Of a stretch of DNA of 64,000 nt, positions 28,789-38,954 are shown one piece after another. The DNA is taken from the IMG/VR virus record IMGVR_UViG_3300028533_000484, positions 32,001 through 96,000 of that record; one strand, 5' to 3'. Position numbers and translations under genes: made by a program. This DNA comes from a virus. Taxonomy: Duplodnaviria > Caudoviricetes. Each line of letters opens with the position of its first letter. Position 1 is the stretch's first letter. The notes under the pieces are model-generated. The model saw nothing but the letters and a program-made list of their open reading frames with translations. It did no database searches and was not told the origin of the DNA.

Positions 28789-30531
28789 TTAGAATCCAGC
28801 TGTTGCTTTGTATGCATCTTCCTTGATACGATCTTTCAAGTGGTTGATAACAATGCGGCTTAAGTATTTTGGATTCAAGAGTGCTTTGTCTCCAAATGTT
28901 GCTAAACCTGCACGTGTGTTGAATGTTGGGTATTCCAACTTGTTGCTTACGAATGGAACTAATGTACCAAATACTACTGCAACGTCGTTTTCAACTTTTG
29001 TATTCTTGAATACGCACAATACTTCGTTATCTGGGATAACTTCGATTGGAGCTTTGAATACTTCGATACCGTCTAATTCACCAATTTTGTAAACACCTGT
29101 TGGATCTTGAATACCTTTTGGTGTGAAACCAGCCATAAGTTTCAAGTAAGGTGCTACAGATACACCAATTACCAATTTGTTGATTGCACCACGGTGAATA
29201 TCACTGTAAAGTGCAGCACCAGCTAATTCAATAGCACTTGGGAATGTGTTAGCGATATCTACATAAGAATCTTTTGTAGCAGCTGAACCAGATGGAACAT
29301 CTCCTGTAGCATAAGCTGCATCGAATTCTACTGTGTAGAATGCTGGGTTTGTACAAGCGATTGCATAAGCATCTTTGAATGCTTGTAAGTCGATTTGACC
29401 GTGAATAACCTCAGCTGCAGCAGAAAGAAGAAGATCATCTACTTGAGTATTGAATGTTGAGTCAAGAGTGATTTCTGCAAGTTTTGTCCAAGAAACACCT
29501 ACAGATGTTCTACGTGGTCTTAATTCGTATACACTCATATACAAGTTAACTTCACCAAGATTTTTACCTGTGTAATCTGTTTCTGATTCGAAACGACCGT
29601 AAGCATTTACACTTGTAGGTACTTCTGCACCTTCTGGTAATGTGATAACTGTTTTAACTGTTCCGTCTTTTGAAGCACGTGGTTCATCTTTAGCAGTTGC
29701 ACCTGCGAATTTTTGTCCAATGTAGTAGCTGAAATCGCTTGGATCTTGGAATGCAATTACATTTCTTTCATCTGTTCCAACATAGATTTTTGTTGAACCT
29801 GGAACATAGAATTCACCGTTTTCACCGAAAGGACCACCTTTCCATTCAACTGTGATTGTGTTACCTTCGATTTTAACGTTTGCTGTATTAGCAAGTTCGT
29901 TAGCGAAACGAGATTCTTTTGATTCATAAATTGATTTGCGAGCATTTGTGTTTACTGCACCGTTAGCTGCACGAGCTTTTCCACCATAAGCTGGATTTAA
30001 ACCATTGTAACCACCAATTTCTCTTTCAGCTGAAACTGTATTAGCATCAAATCCATATGGATCCTGATCAGATTTTGCTGCATCGAAGCTCATTGATCTT
30101 TCAGCAAAGTTACCTGCATCTGCTGCAGCTGATTTGCTAAAATATGGTTTGATGTAGTAGATAGCATCGCGTGCTGTTTCCATTGCATATTCGCTGAATA
30201 CGTTACCACGGTTCAAGTTTGTCATTGTCATTTGAACCAATTTCATAACGTTAGCTGGAGCCATTCTTTGGAATTCAGCTGATGTTTCTTGCTCGTTCAA
30301 TTGTTTCATGAAACGTGCTTGGTTTGTCAAGTTAATAGCTTGATTTTGGCGTACTTTTGCTTCATTTAAAGCTGATAATTCACCTTTGAATAATGGGTGA
30401 TTGTCCCAAATTTGAGCAGCTTTTTCAGCACGAGCTGCTTTTTCTGAAAGTCTTTTTTTAGCTTCAGTTTTAAGAATTACTTTTTCCTGAAGAGGTGCTT
30501 TCATTTTTTTAGATTGTAACATTATCTTCAT
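28789..30531 (-). CDS. Major capsid protein (T4 gp23-like, HK97 fold)
   Basis: 580 aa; LxE-rich N-terminal propeptide; ELRPRRTSVGVSWT, EVIHGQID, KIGELDGIEVF and LVPF..GLATFG motifs; strong codon bias; own promoter and terminator. Confidence 0.85.
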   Translation of the reverse strand: MKIMLQSKKMKAPLQEKVILKTEAKKRLSEKAARAEKAAQIWDNHPLFKGELSALNEAKVRQNQAINLTNQARFMKQLNEQETSAEFQRMAPANVMKLVQMTMTNLNRGNVFSEYAMETARDAIYYIKPYFSKSAAADAGNFAERSMSFDAAKSDQDPYGFDANTVSAEREIGGYNGLNPAYGGKARAANGAVNTNARKSIYESKESRFANELANTANVKIEGNTITVEWKGGPFGENGEFYVPGSTKIYVGTDERNVIAFQDPSDFSYYIGQKFAGATAKDEPRASKDGTVKTVITLPEGAEVPTSVNAYGRFESETDYTGKNLGEVNLYMSVYELRPRRTSVGVSWTKLAEITLDSTFNTQVDDLLLSAAAEVIHGQIDLQAFKDAYAIACTNPAFYTVEFDAAYATGDVPSGSAATKDSYVDIANTFPSAIELAGAALYSDIHRGAINKLVIGVSVAPYLKLMAGFTPKGIQDPTGVYKIGELDGIEVFKAPIEVIPDNEVLCVFKNTKVENDVAVVFGTLVPFVSNKLEYPTFNTRAGLATFGDKALLNPKYLSRIVINHLKDRIKEDAYKATAGF

Positions 30532-30749
30532 CTCCTATAAAGTTTAAACTTTCTACAACAGAATTAAAAATAACTTATCGAAAAATCTTATTCAAAAGAT
30601 AAAAAAAGTTTAATTTTTAATGAACCAGTAAACATGTTTTTGAAGGTTTTTCATACAGAAAAACAAACAATGCTTTCCAGTCTCTAAAAGAAAGTCGATA
30701 TAACAATTAGTGAAAAAAATAAAAAGCTTTTTAAAAACTAACTAAAAAC

Positions 30750-31037
30750 ATGAAGTTTATAATAGAAAAATCAACTGAACCTTTTAGATTTAAAGAAACA
30801 TGGAACTATACAGTCGAATATGATGAACGTTTTAACAAATATGGCTTACTTCTAGATGGATGTTTGTTTACATTTTTAACAGAAGATCAAGCTACTCTCC
30901 TCAAACAAACTATTACAGAACCTAAATTTGAAGAATTTTTCAATTCTGTAGGTATTGGGGATAGAAATTTAAATATGCAACCAAAAGCTGCTTGTTCTGA
31001 TGACTATTTCAGGCCAACTGGTGAAATAGAATTTTAA
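30750..31037 (+). CDS. Hypothetical protein
   Basis: 95-aa ORF after ACTAAA motif. Confidence 0.6.
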   Translation: MKFIIEKSTEPFRFKETWNYTVEYDERFNKYGLLLDGCLFTFLTEDQATLLKQTITEPKFEEFFNSVGIGDRNLNMQPKAACSDDYFRPTGEIEF

Positions 31038-31095
31038 AACTTTTTCGAAAGTAAGTGTACCTTAACACCTATAATATTGTTAGAGGTACACAAGT

Positions 31096-31875
31096 ATGTC
31101 AAAGATTTTAGTTAATTTACCACAACAGACTTATATTTTAAGAAATTGTTATGTTTTAGGTGCAAAAGACACGCCTTGCTTTTGCGATGAGTGCGGAACA
31201 GCAATCAAAAATGTTTGCGTTGTTCAGGGAACAGCAACTGGTGAATATTTTAATCTTGGCACAACTTGTGTTGAAAAACATAGCAAAGAAGATGAAAACT
31301 TTTTAACAACAGCTTCTCAAGCTAGATTAAAGACAACTAAAAAAGCTATTTCCAAAATAAACAAATTCATTAAACTTTATAAAGAAGTTTCATCAAATCC
31401 AGATGTAGTCGGAAAATTCTTATCAATACATACAGAGAAAAAGCATACAAGTAAGGGTTTTGTTACTCATGCAAAAGTAACACTTTTCTGGCTTTATGAT
31501 CCTGAATCACAAATTGGCCGTTCAAATGAAAATTGGTATCTCGGTACAAAATCTGGCTTTGCCTGGGATTCATCTAGACATGTAAAAGATGATATTGAAC
31601 TCGATCTTGGCTGGATTGATGTATCGAAAAACTCAGAATTAAGAGAAATCTTCTCAAATACAGAGTGGGAGTATCCAGTAACAGATGATTTTTCAAACGA
31701 TGCACTTGTTGCTGCTGAAAAAGCTGGATATCAGGACCCAGAATTCGGAAAAGAATGGAGCAATAATCATTTCGATTGGTACTTGAGACAACGTTATTCA
31801 AAATGGTATGCTGATGAGCACAAGATCTGCAATGAAATTGCACAACTAAAAAAGGAACATGGAATTACTTGGTAG
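31096..31875 (+). CDS. Hypothetical Zn-finger protein
   Basis: CDECGTAIK...GTTC motif; CCTATAAT motif and GAGG RBS. Confidence 0.7.
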   Translation: MSKILVNLPQQTYILRNCYVLGAKDTPCFCDECGTAIKNVCVVQGTATGEYFNLGTTCVEKHSKEDENFLTTASQARLKTTKKAISKINKFIKLYKEVSSNPDVVGKFLSIHTEKKHTSKGFVTHAKVTLFWLYDPESQIGRSNENWYLGTKSGFAWDSSRHVKDDIELDLGWIDVSKNSELREIFSNTEWEYPVTDDFSNDALVAAEKAGYQDPEFGKEWSNNHFDWYLRQRYSKWYADEHKICNEIAQLKKEHGITW

Positions 31876-31996
31876 GAGGTATATATGAAGTACGTTCATT
31901 GTAAGTATTGTTATAAAGGTTGGGGTAAAGTCGGAGATAAATGCATATATTGTCGACGCGTTTTGAAATAGTATATACTTTTAAGGAGGAGTATTC

Positions 31997-32239
31997 GTGT
32001 TTAAGGTAACATTTGTAACAAGAGATTATGGTTCATATGCATATGAAGAAGAGAAGCATGAGTTTTGTTTTGACCTCGAAAAAGATGCTAAAGCTTTTTA
32101 CGACGATCTTGAAAACTTCATAGAGGAAAGAACTGGAGGAGACTCTTATGTTGTTTCTAAATCTAAACCTGAAAAGTTGAACGATTTAGTTTTATATAGA
32201 TACGATCCATATGCTAAAAAACTTTGTCGTATAGATTAA
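31997..32239 (+). CDS. Hypothetical protein
   Basis: AAGGAGG RBS; GTG start. Confidence 0.65.
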   Translation: MFKVTFVTRDYGSYAYEEEKHEFCFDLEKDAKAFYDDLENFIEERTGGDSYVVSKSKPEKLNDLVLYRYDPYAKKLCRID

Positions 32240-32251
32240 AAGGAGATTATA

Positions 32252-32470
32252 ATGGCAAAATTTTATGACCAACAGGACGATAGACCTACTAAAATTGAAA
32301 AATTATTGAGAGCTTATAAAGAAAATAAGCTTGATGACTTTGAAGCAAGAGACGCTTTTGAGACTCTTGTGGATGATGAAGTTGATTTTTGTGAAGATGC
32401 CAAAAGCGAAATTGAAGACCTTAAAGGGAGATTAGAGCGTATTGCTAATATTGCGGATGGATATTATTAA
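32252..32470 (+). CDS. Hypothetical protein
   Basis: AAGGAG RBS. Confidence 0.65.
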   Translation: MAKFYDQQDDRPTKIEKLLRAYKENKLDDFEARDAFETLVDDEVDFCEDAKSEIEDLKGRLERIANIADGYY

Positions 32471-32488
32471 TGCAAGGAATGTTGAATC

Positions 32489-32761
32489 ATGAGCAAAAAA
32501 TCTAAAAAGAAACAAGGATCAAAATGGTATTTCGCATTAAGAGGATCTAGTACTATACAAAGTATATATGCTGAAACTATAGAAGAAGCTGCACAAGTAC
32601 TGGACGAGAAATATGGGGAAGGTAAGTACACTCTAGGTCATCTGAATAAAGCTCTTTCCAAAGAACAAATAAAAAGAGATAATGAAATATCGGAAAAAGT
32701 AGCACGAGATCTATTTGGCGAAACAGCTGGTAGAATTATGCATGATATAAACAATCTTTAG
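32489..32761 (+). CDS. Hypothetical protein
   Basis: Co-oriented run; AAGGA RBS. Confidence 0.65.
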   Translation: MSKKSKKKQGSKWYFALRGSSTIQSIYAETIEEAAQVLDEKYGEGKYTLGHLNKALSKEQIKRDNEISEKVARDLFGETAGRIMHDINNL

Positions 32762-32785
32762 GAACACTTTACGGAGGTAAAAAAA

Positions 32786-33235
32786 GTGGACTTTGAACTT
32801 TTTAAGAAAGAGATTGATAGAATTAAGCAAGCTAAGTTTGGTGCAGAAGAGAAAGAAAGAAGAGAGCGTGAGGAAAGGTATGAGCAAGCTATCAAAAGTT
32901 TGTTGGAACTTTTAGAAAACCTTAAGCCAGCTATCGAGTATGTTACAAAAGAATTTAATCTATTCAACGATGTTAAAGAAATAGGATGTACCGTACCCTA
33001 TGCATACTCTGCAAGTATTCGATGGTCTGAAAACTTTGATAATGCAGTTTGCCTTTATACAGGTCACGGTACTACTCTTACGTTTACAGTAAATAGTCTT
33101 ATCAATAGAAAGACTAAAGTAGATAAGGATTCTTTACAATGGATTGAAGACGCTTTTTGTTCAAAGAACTCAGTATTTTTTGCAGAGAGTTTATTAAAAA
33201 AATTAGAGTCCAATACACTCTACGTTGGTCGATAG
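32786..33235 (+). CDS. Hypothetical protein
   Basis: GGAGGT RBS. Confidence 0.7.
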   Translation: MDFELFKKEIDRIKQAKFGAEEKERREREERYEQAIKSLLELLENLKPAIEYVTKEFNLFNDVKEIGCTVPYAYSASIRWSENFDNAVCLYTGHGTTLTFTVNSLINRKTKVDKDSLQWIEDAFCSKNSVFFAESLLKKLESNTLYVGR

Positions 33236-33245
33236 GAGGTAATGT

Positions 33246-34013
33246 ATGTCGATATTGGAAATTCATGATAAACCTTTTAATTATTTATTGCAGGTTGAAA
33301 ACGAATATAACAAAGTTGTAAAAAGGTTTGACACCAAAAACAAAGACTACTTTGATGCTCTTCGAGAACTTCGAGACAACTACACTAAAGACTACGATGC
33401 AATAGATGCTAAAGCTAATCAGCTCATCTATGGAAATCCTGAAGGTAAGTTGGATCGTAAATATAGAGATAGATCTGATTTATATATTAAAGTTGTTAAA
33501 AGAAGCCAAAAGTACAAGAACTGGATAAACTTTTTTATAGCTATTGGGGCTGCAGCAGTATTTATTACATTGGTTCGAGCTATTGTTTGGCCTTTTAATT
33601 TTGGGTCACATTATATTGGTAAAGGTTTTGAAAACTTTCTTCATATAGTCACAATAACTGCGGCTTGGTCAGGCTTTCTTTTTAATTCTATAATCTTTTT
33701 CAAGTCTCTCAAATATTGGTCTACTCAACCACTTAATACTAGAGCAGAAAGAAAGTGGCTTAAAAAATATTTTCGCAATATTAAAGATATAACAATTGCA
33801 AAAAGTTATTTAGAAATTTTAATTCAAAGAGAAGAATCTATTGAAAAGTATATTAATCTAGGCGATACCTGTATAGAAGTCCTAGATGCTAAATCTGAAG
33901 TAATTTCTAAAATGAAAAGAGATGTTGAAAAGGTTGTAGATGATTTTATGCACAATGGGGAAGTTTGCACTGCACTAGATCGTGTTTTGGAAAGTTGGAA
34001 AATATATCAGTAG
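33246..34013 (+). CDS. Two-TM membrane protein
   Basis: AGGAGGT RBS; two central hydrophobic segments. Confidence 0.7.
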   Translation: MSILEIHDKPFNYLLQVENEYNKVVKRFDTKNKDYFDALRELRDNYTKDYDAIDAKANQLIYGNPEGKLDRKYRDRSDLYIKVVKRSQKYKNWINFFIAIGAAAVFITLVRAIVWPFNFGSHYIGKGFENFLHIVTITAAWSGFLFNSIIFFKSLKYWSTQPLNTRAERKWLKKYFRNIKDITIAKSYLEILIQREESIEKYINLGDTCIEVLDAKSEVISKMKRDVEKVVDDFMHNGEVCTALDRVLESWKIYQ

Positions 34014-34085
34014 AAGTTAAAACTTTTTAGAATGCTTTGCTATAGGAACACCTATACTGTTATATGTACAGTAGGAGTTACGAAT

Positions 34086-34364
34086 ATGATTAAGATTTTT
34101 AGAATTTTGGATTTGACTGTAAGTTTAGTTCTTGTAGCACTTGGTGTTGCAATTTTCTTTATTGCAAAGAATTGGTGGGCTGTAGCTCCTGTAGGTGTTG
34201 CCTACATTATTTGGGAAATCATTGTTTTTAAGACATACTATAAAGCAAGAAAAGTAAATAGAAAAACTTGGAATGCTGGTTACAATTGTGGTTATGAAAG
34301 TGCACTAGAAGATGACGAGGACGATGATTATAGTTTTTATGATAATGAAAGTGACCGTTTATAA
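34086..34364 (+). CDS. Small two-TM membrane protein with acidic tail
   Basis: ATG at 34086 after AGGAG and CCTATACT motif. Confidence 0.65.
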   Translation: MIKIFRILDLTVSLVLVALGVAIFFIAKNWWAVAPVGVAYIIWEIIVFKTYYKARKVNRKTWNAGYNCGYESALEDDEDDDYSFYDNESDRL

Positions 34365-34378
34365 TCAGGAGGACAGCA

Positions 34379-34573
34379 ATGGATGAAATCATTAGAATTT
34401 TGATGCATCGTGACGGTATTGACAAAGTGGAAGCTAAAGATATGATTAAGAGCTTTTTTGATGATGCTGAAGATGCCATCAATTCCGGCGATTATGAAGC
34501 TATTGAAGATATCTTGATGGATGATCTTGGTCTCGAACCTGACTACATTCCACAGCTTTTAGGTCTATTCTAA
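34379..34573 (+). CDS. Conserved small phage hypothetical protein
   Basis: ILMHRDG...EDILMDDLGLEPDY; AGGAGG RBS. Confidence 0.7.
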   Translation: MDEIIRILMHRDGIDKVEAKDMIKSFFDDAEDAINSGDYEAIEDILMDDLGLEPDYIPQLLGLF

Positions 34574-34600
34574 CTAATTGTTGTAGGAGCATATATAATT

Positions 34601-35158
34601 ATGAAGAATTTTAGAGAAGGTAGAGTCAATAGAGACCAGGTTTTTGATATGCGTAGTGCCCGGAGACATGTTGCAAAAATTGCTGAATCTGTTGGCCTTA
34701 GAGCAGAGTATCGTGAAGCAGATGCAGATTCGTTCACTGTTCTTTTTTACAGTGGAGACAGTCGTCTTTTAAGTTCTGTACCAGTAGCTAAGGTATACAA
34801 TGCAACTGTCACTTTCACTTTTAAGGATTCTGGATACACTATAGATGATGAGCATGCAGACTACGATAGATTCCAAGGTGACTTTTCAAAAGGTTGGACC
34901 GAATTTGATCAAGATGTAAAGGACCTTTTAACAGATATGATAAACAATTTTTCAAAAAAGGAAATGAAAGAATCTGTTATTCCTGCAGATCAGGAAGAAA
35001 TTCTAAGAAAAGTTATTGCAGAAGCGTATCCTGAATATGTCGGTATAATTGACGACTATCTTAAAAATGGACTTGAAGGTTGCGATGGTTGCTTTGACGA
35101 TGATAACGATCTAATCGATGATTTTATTGCATACGCAGAGTATATTTTAGGAAAATAA
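34601..35158 (+). CDS. Hypothetical protein, possibly internal head protein
   Basis: ACTAATT motif and AGGAG RBS; FRE and MKES motifs. Confidence 0.7.
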   Translation: MKNFREGRVNRDQVFDMRSARRHVAKIAESVGLRAEYREADADSFTVLFYSGDSRLLSSVPVAKVYNATVTFTFKDSGYTIDDEHADYDRFQGDFSKGWTEFDQDVKDLLTDMINNFSKKEMKESVIPADQEEILRKVIAEAYPEYVGIIDDYLKNGLEGCDGCFDDDNDLIDDFIAYAEYILGK

Positions 35159-35207
35159 TTTTTCTGAAAAAAGCATCAATGTTGTTTCGTTGATGCTATT
35201 CCTATCT

Positions 35208-35849
35208 TTAAGTATTTTCTAGAATTCTATTCTTTGGCATTTTTCTACTTGCAATAATTCTTGCAGTTGGATAAATCTCGTCATAAAGGCTATCCTCGAA
35301 TTCTGGTTTATCTAAATCATAATCATTCAATAATGGAAAAGACTTAATCAATCTTCTAACATTGTCAGGTATATCATCTCTGTACTCGAGTAAATATGCA
35401 AAGTTGCGAGCAATTCTTTCTGCTTGACCAGGTTTAGGTCGATCTAAACTATTTACCAAGCAATCTGCAGCTTTCACTAAAAGTGCAGAAGGACTTAACT
35501 CCAAAAGCTCTCGATTTATATATTCCTCTTTTCCTAACCTATCCACTTCAGGTTGAAAGTTTGTTACTTCCTCTACAATTTGGGCAACTGTTGGTCCGTA
35601 AATAGCTTCTAACTCTTCTGCAGTTGTATCTGTATCTTCCAAAGTATCGTGTAAAAGAGCTGCTTCTATTTCTGTAGCTGTTCCACCATAGGCAGCAACA
35701 ACTTCAGCTACCATTTCAGGATGCACGAAATATGGCTGACCAGATCCTCTACGAACCATTCCAGTATCATCGTGTTTACGTTTAGCAAAACTATAAGCAT
35801 ATTGTAATTGTGGATTTTCAATCATAGGGTTTTCAACTAATCTTTGCAT
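35208..35849 (-). CDS. HD-domain small alarmone hydrolase (RelA/SpoT hydrolase, Mesh1-like)
   Basis: AYSFA..KH....R..SGQPYFVHP, AALLHDTLEDT, VAQIVEEVT and LLVKAAD...N motifs. Confidence 0.88.
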   Translation of the reverse strand: MQRLVENPMIENPQLQYAYSFAKRKHDDTGMVRRGSGQPYFVHPEMVAEVVAAYGGTATEIEAALLHDTLEDTDTTAEELEAIYGPTVAQIVEEVTNFQPEVDRLGKEEYINRELLELSPSALLVKAADCLVNSLDRPKPGQAERIARNFAYLLEYRDDIPDNVRRLIKSFPLLNDYDLDKPEFEDSLYDEIYPTARIIASRKMPKNRILENT

Positions 35850-35880
35850 ATCAAATGTAATTAGTTATATACTAATATGT

Positions 35881-36441
35881 ATGAAAATATTTTACATAAG
35901 ACACGCTCCAACTATGGCCAATCTAAACGGTGACATAGTTGAAGATTACGATGGACAAAGCATAGTTTTCTTTGATAAAGATAAATGGTACGAAAAAGTG
36001 GGGTCAAATCTTCCGAAAGATTTTAAGTTATTTATTTCACCTGCAAAAAGATGTAAAGAAACAGCTAAAGTTTTGTTCCCAGATAAAGAGTATACAGTCG
36101 TACAAGATCTTGCAGAGTTTGACTTAAGTGAGCTTAATAAGTCAGGCCAAAAGTTTTGGGAGATAGATGAAGAGACATTTAACAAGTATGTTTTCTTACC
36201 AGAACGCAGCATTATCAATCGCTGGTTGATTGCTCTCGAAAGTATGAAAAGCAAGTGCGACAGTAGTGACGACACAATCGTTGTAATTGGCCACGGATTT
36301 TACGGAAGACTTGTAAATGAAATATACCAAAACAATGATGACTCTGTTTTTGATATTCTTAATTCAAAAACCTTTTCTTTTGGAAATCTTGATATGATGG
36401 AAATTGAAAAGAGCCGAGTTCAGAAAGTTTACAGGATGTAA
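35881..36441 (+). CDS. Histidine phosphatase (phosphoglycerate mutase family)
   Basis: YIRHAPT, SPAKRCKETA, LAEFD, VVIGHG. Confidence 0.85.
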   Translation: MKIFYIRHAPTMANLNGDIVEDYDGQSIVFFDKDKWYEKVGSNLPKDFKLFISPAKRCKETAKVLFPDKEYTVVQDLAEFDLSELNKSGQKFWEIDEETFNKYVFLPERSIINRWLIALESMKSKCDSSDDTIVVIGHGFYGRLVNEIYQNNDDSVFDILNSKTFSFGNLDMMEIEKSRVQKVYRM

Positions 36442-36443
36442 TT

Positions 36444-36908
36444 ATGGAATTTTACATTACTTATTTTTATCACATTCGAAACCTTTCTACAGATACTCTT
36501 CCGATAAGTATCAATAGTGGTGAGCCAAGTTGGTACCACAACTTTCAATCCAGAGATACAATGTTTAAGGATAAAAGAGGAGTTTGGAATGGAGGATATA
36601 TCGATGAGATATCGTCATCCAATTTAGATAGTACTGATGCTCATGAAACTTGTACAGATTGTGGAAGAGTAAAACTTGTAGGTAAAGATTGTCCTTTTGC
36701 AAAAAATTATCGAGCAAAATTAGACAAATTAGACTTTAACAAAGTTTACAAAAAGTTACTCAAGGTAGCAGAACATTTCGATTGCAATAAAATCTGTTTT
36801 GTTGTATATGAAAAACCAGATGTTGTTTGCGGTGAAAGATGGGTAATGAAAGATTGGTTTGCAGATCATGGAATTCAAATAGAGGAATTTAATCCAAAGA
36901 AAAGCTGA
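36444..36908 (+). CDS. DUF488-like protein
   Basis: YITYF start; Y...LDKLD and ICFVVYEKP..CGER..WF C-terminal pattern. Confidence 0.55.
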   Translation: MEFYITYFYHIRNLSTDTLPISINSGEPSWYHNFQSRDTMFKDKRGVWNGGYIDEISSSNLDSTDAHETCTDCGRVKLVGKDCPFAKNYRAKLDKLDFNKVYKKLLKVAEHFDCNKICFVVYEKPDVVCGERWVMKDWFADHGIQIEEFNPKKS

Positions 36909-37113
36909 ACGTAGATCTCCAAAAGCAACTATAATATTAATTATTAGGGGGCTACGGATATGAATGAATTCGAATTAATGCAAATCGATGAAGAGGTTGA
37001 AAATTTCTTTAATGGAAATCTTGAATATGAAGAACTTGGACCTTCTGCTCGTTCAAGAGTTGCTGAAATAATTCAAGAATTGAGTGATTAGAAGATGTTA
37101 AGAGAGTATAAAA

Positions 37114-37839
37114 ATGCAAATTGTTATTGATGAAAAGGATTTTACTAGAAACAAACCTTACAGAGTTGAAATTGAGTTTGATGATGAAAAAGTTGTAGAA
37201 ATTTTAAAGTGCGCTAGAATTACAGCAAAGGATGGAATCATAAACAATTCCGATGTTATTAGTTGGATTCCATCTGCTATAAAAGGTAGTATTTATCTCT
37301 GTTTCCCTGAAACAGATAAGTTTTACTACATTAGTCCAAAATGTTGGAAAATGGATATAATCTCAATATTAAATGATGACAAGCTTTCAAGTGAAATTAT
37401 TACTGAGATATGCTTTAGGACTGCAAAATGTTTGACAGTTTTACTTCAAGCTGATCTTAAAATGCATGAAGATCCTCCTTCGTTTGAAGAGTTCGTAAAA
37501 GACTTCTTTAAAAAGAATCCCGATACATTAATAACTGTTACAGAATTTTTAAGAAAACTTGTAGATTGTACAAACATTATAGCAGAAAATCTTTCAAAAG
37601 CAGCAAAAGCAGATTGGCATACATCTTCAGGACTTTATGTATCGAAGGAACCTGTGTTGATGAATAGAAGTGCCATCAATTACTTTGCAAATGCTTTGAA
37701 TGGAGATGTTTGCTGGGATATACCTTCAGGTAAAACATCTTGTACAGTAAATCATATAGAAGGTGGAATAATGGTACGTTCTGAATTCCTTGCAAAGGAA
37801 AATGGATTATATGAATTGGTAAACACTTGTACGAACTAA
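37114..37839 (+). CDS. Hypothetical protein
   Basis: 241-aa ORF. Confidence 0.7.
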   Translation: MQIVIDEKDFTRNKPYRVEIEFDDEKVVEILKCARITAKDGIINNSDVISWIPSAIKGSIYLCFPETDKFYYISPKCWKMDIISILNDDKLSSEIITEICFRTAKCLTVLLQADLKMHEDPPSFEEFVKDFFKKNPDTLITVTEFLRKLVDCTNIIAENLSKAAKADWHTSSGLYVSKEPVLMNRSAINYFANALNGDVCWDIPSGKTSCTVNHIEGGIMVRSEFLAKENGLYELVNTCTN

Positions 37840-37871
37840 AAGGATTAATTTAAATTAAAGGAAAAAATAAT

Positions 37872-38723
37872 ATGTCGAAAGTTTTAGTAATTTCTGGTAC
37901 TCATGGAAATGAGACCAATGCTGTTCAGGATGTATACGACCTTGAATTAAGATATGAGGATCAAGACATTCGCGATGTTATATTTTATCAAGCTTGGAAT
38001 CTTACGGCTTTAGATGCAGGAACAAGAGAGTTTGTTAGTTACTCAAACGAACTTCCCGATGATCTGAATCGGGCTTTTCCAACAACACAAAATGTAGATA
38101 AGGAAGACTTGATATATGTTCTTAAAGGTATCATAGATAAGGTGGACATTATTATCGATGTTCACAATTCCGAACTCTTAAAAAATTGCGTTGTCATTAA
38201 TAACGATTCTAGAGCCCAAAATTATGTAAATTTCTGTAAAGAAAATGACATACCTTTTATTGTAATTGAATCAACTACGAACACAATTAAGAGATTTGCA
38301 CTTAACAACGATAAAATTGGTTTTACTGTTGAAATTGGAGATATGAATTTCTCTGATAGTACCGAAGGTGTTGACTTTTTAGATAAACTTATCAAAGCTT
38401 TGCGAGCAGCTGATTTAGAAACATTAAGACGCTCTGATCAGAATCCTCTTGATGCATCTCAAGTCGCAAAAACAATTTATGCACATTCTCGAGGTTTATT
38501 AAGAACTTTTAGGAACAATGAATACAGTAAAAAGCCAAAACGTTCAGAAGTTCTAAAACATTACTTAAAAGGTGAAAAAATCTTCATAATTGAAAATCCT
38601 ACAAAATCTACATGTCGTGGTGAAGAAATTGTTGCTCCTTGTGATGGTTATGTAATGGATATGGTTGACTCATACTGGGTTAATACTGGAGATGTTATTC
38701 TTAATTTCCAACCAGACTTATAA
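37872..38723 (+). CDS. M14 metallo-hydrolase, succinylglutamate desuccinylase/aspartoacylase family
   Basis: SGTHGNE, DLNRAF, IIDVHN, TVEIG; C-terminal barrel-sandwich (APCDG..V..GD). Confidence 0.85.
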   Translation: MSKVLVISGTHGNETNAVQDVYDLELRYEDQDIRDVIFYQAWNLTALDAGTREFVSYSNELPDDLNRAFPTTQNVDKEDLIYVLKGIIDKVDIIIDVHNSELLKNCVVINNDSRAQNYVNFCKENDIPFIVIESTTNTIKRFALNNDKIGFTVEIGDMNFSDSTEGVDFLDKLIKALRAADLETLRRSDQNPLDASQVAKTIYAHSRGLLRTFRNNEYSKKPKRSEVLKHYLKGEKIFIIENPTKSTCRGEEIVAPCDGYVMDMVDSYWVNTGDVILNFQPDL

Positions 38724-38735
38724 AGGAGATTTTAT

Positions 38736-38951
38736 ATGCAGTTTTTTATTTTAACTTCTATTACAGTACTTTTTGCCTTAATAGCAGCAGAATGCATCTT
38801 TGAAGCATTCTTTTATGGATATCATTGGCTTTCAAAAAAGTATCATCGTCAAATTGATGACAATTGTCTTTGTCGAAAATACCTTGGAAATATCCTAGGT
38901 GCTTGGTTTTTTATAACACTTGTAATCATTTCAATTGTAAAGATTTTTTAA
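38736..38951 (+). CDS. Small two-TM membrane protein
   Basis: AAGGAG RBS; two hydrophobic helices. Confidence 0.65.
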   Translation: MQFFILTSITVLFALIAAECIFEAFFYGYHWLSKKYHRQIDDNCLCRKYLGNILGAWFFITLVIISIVKIF

Positions 38952-38954
38952 AAA

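Noticed and set aside
36947-36960. tmRNA 5' end (GGGGGCT)
   Set aside because: It is the RBS region of a 43-aa ORF (36960-37091); no matching T arm or 3' acceptor strand.
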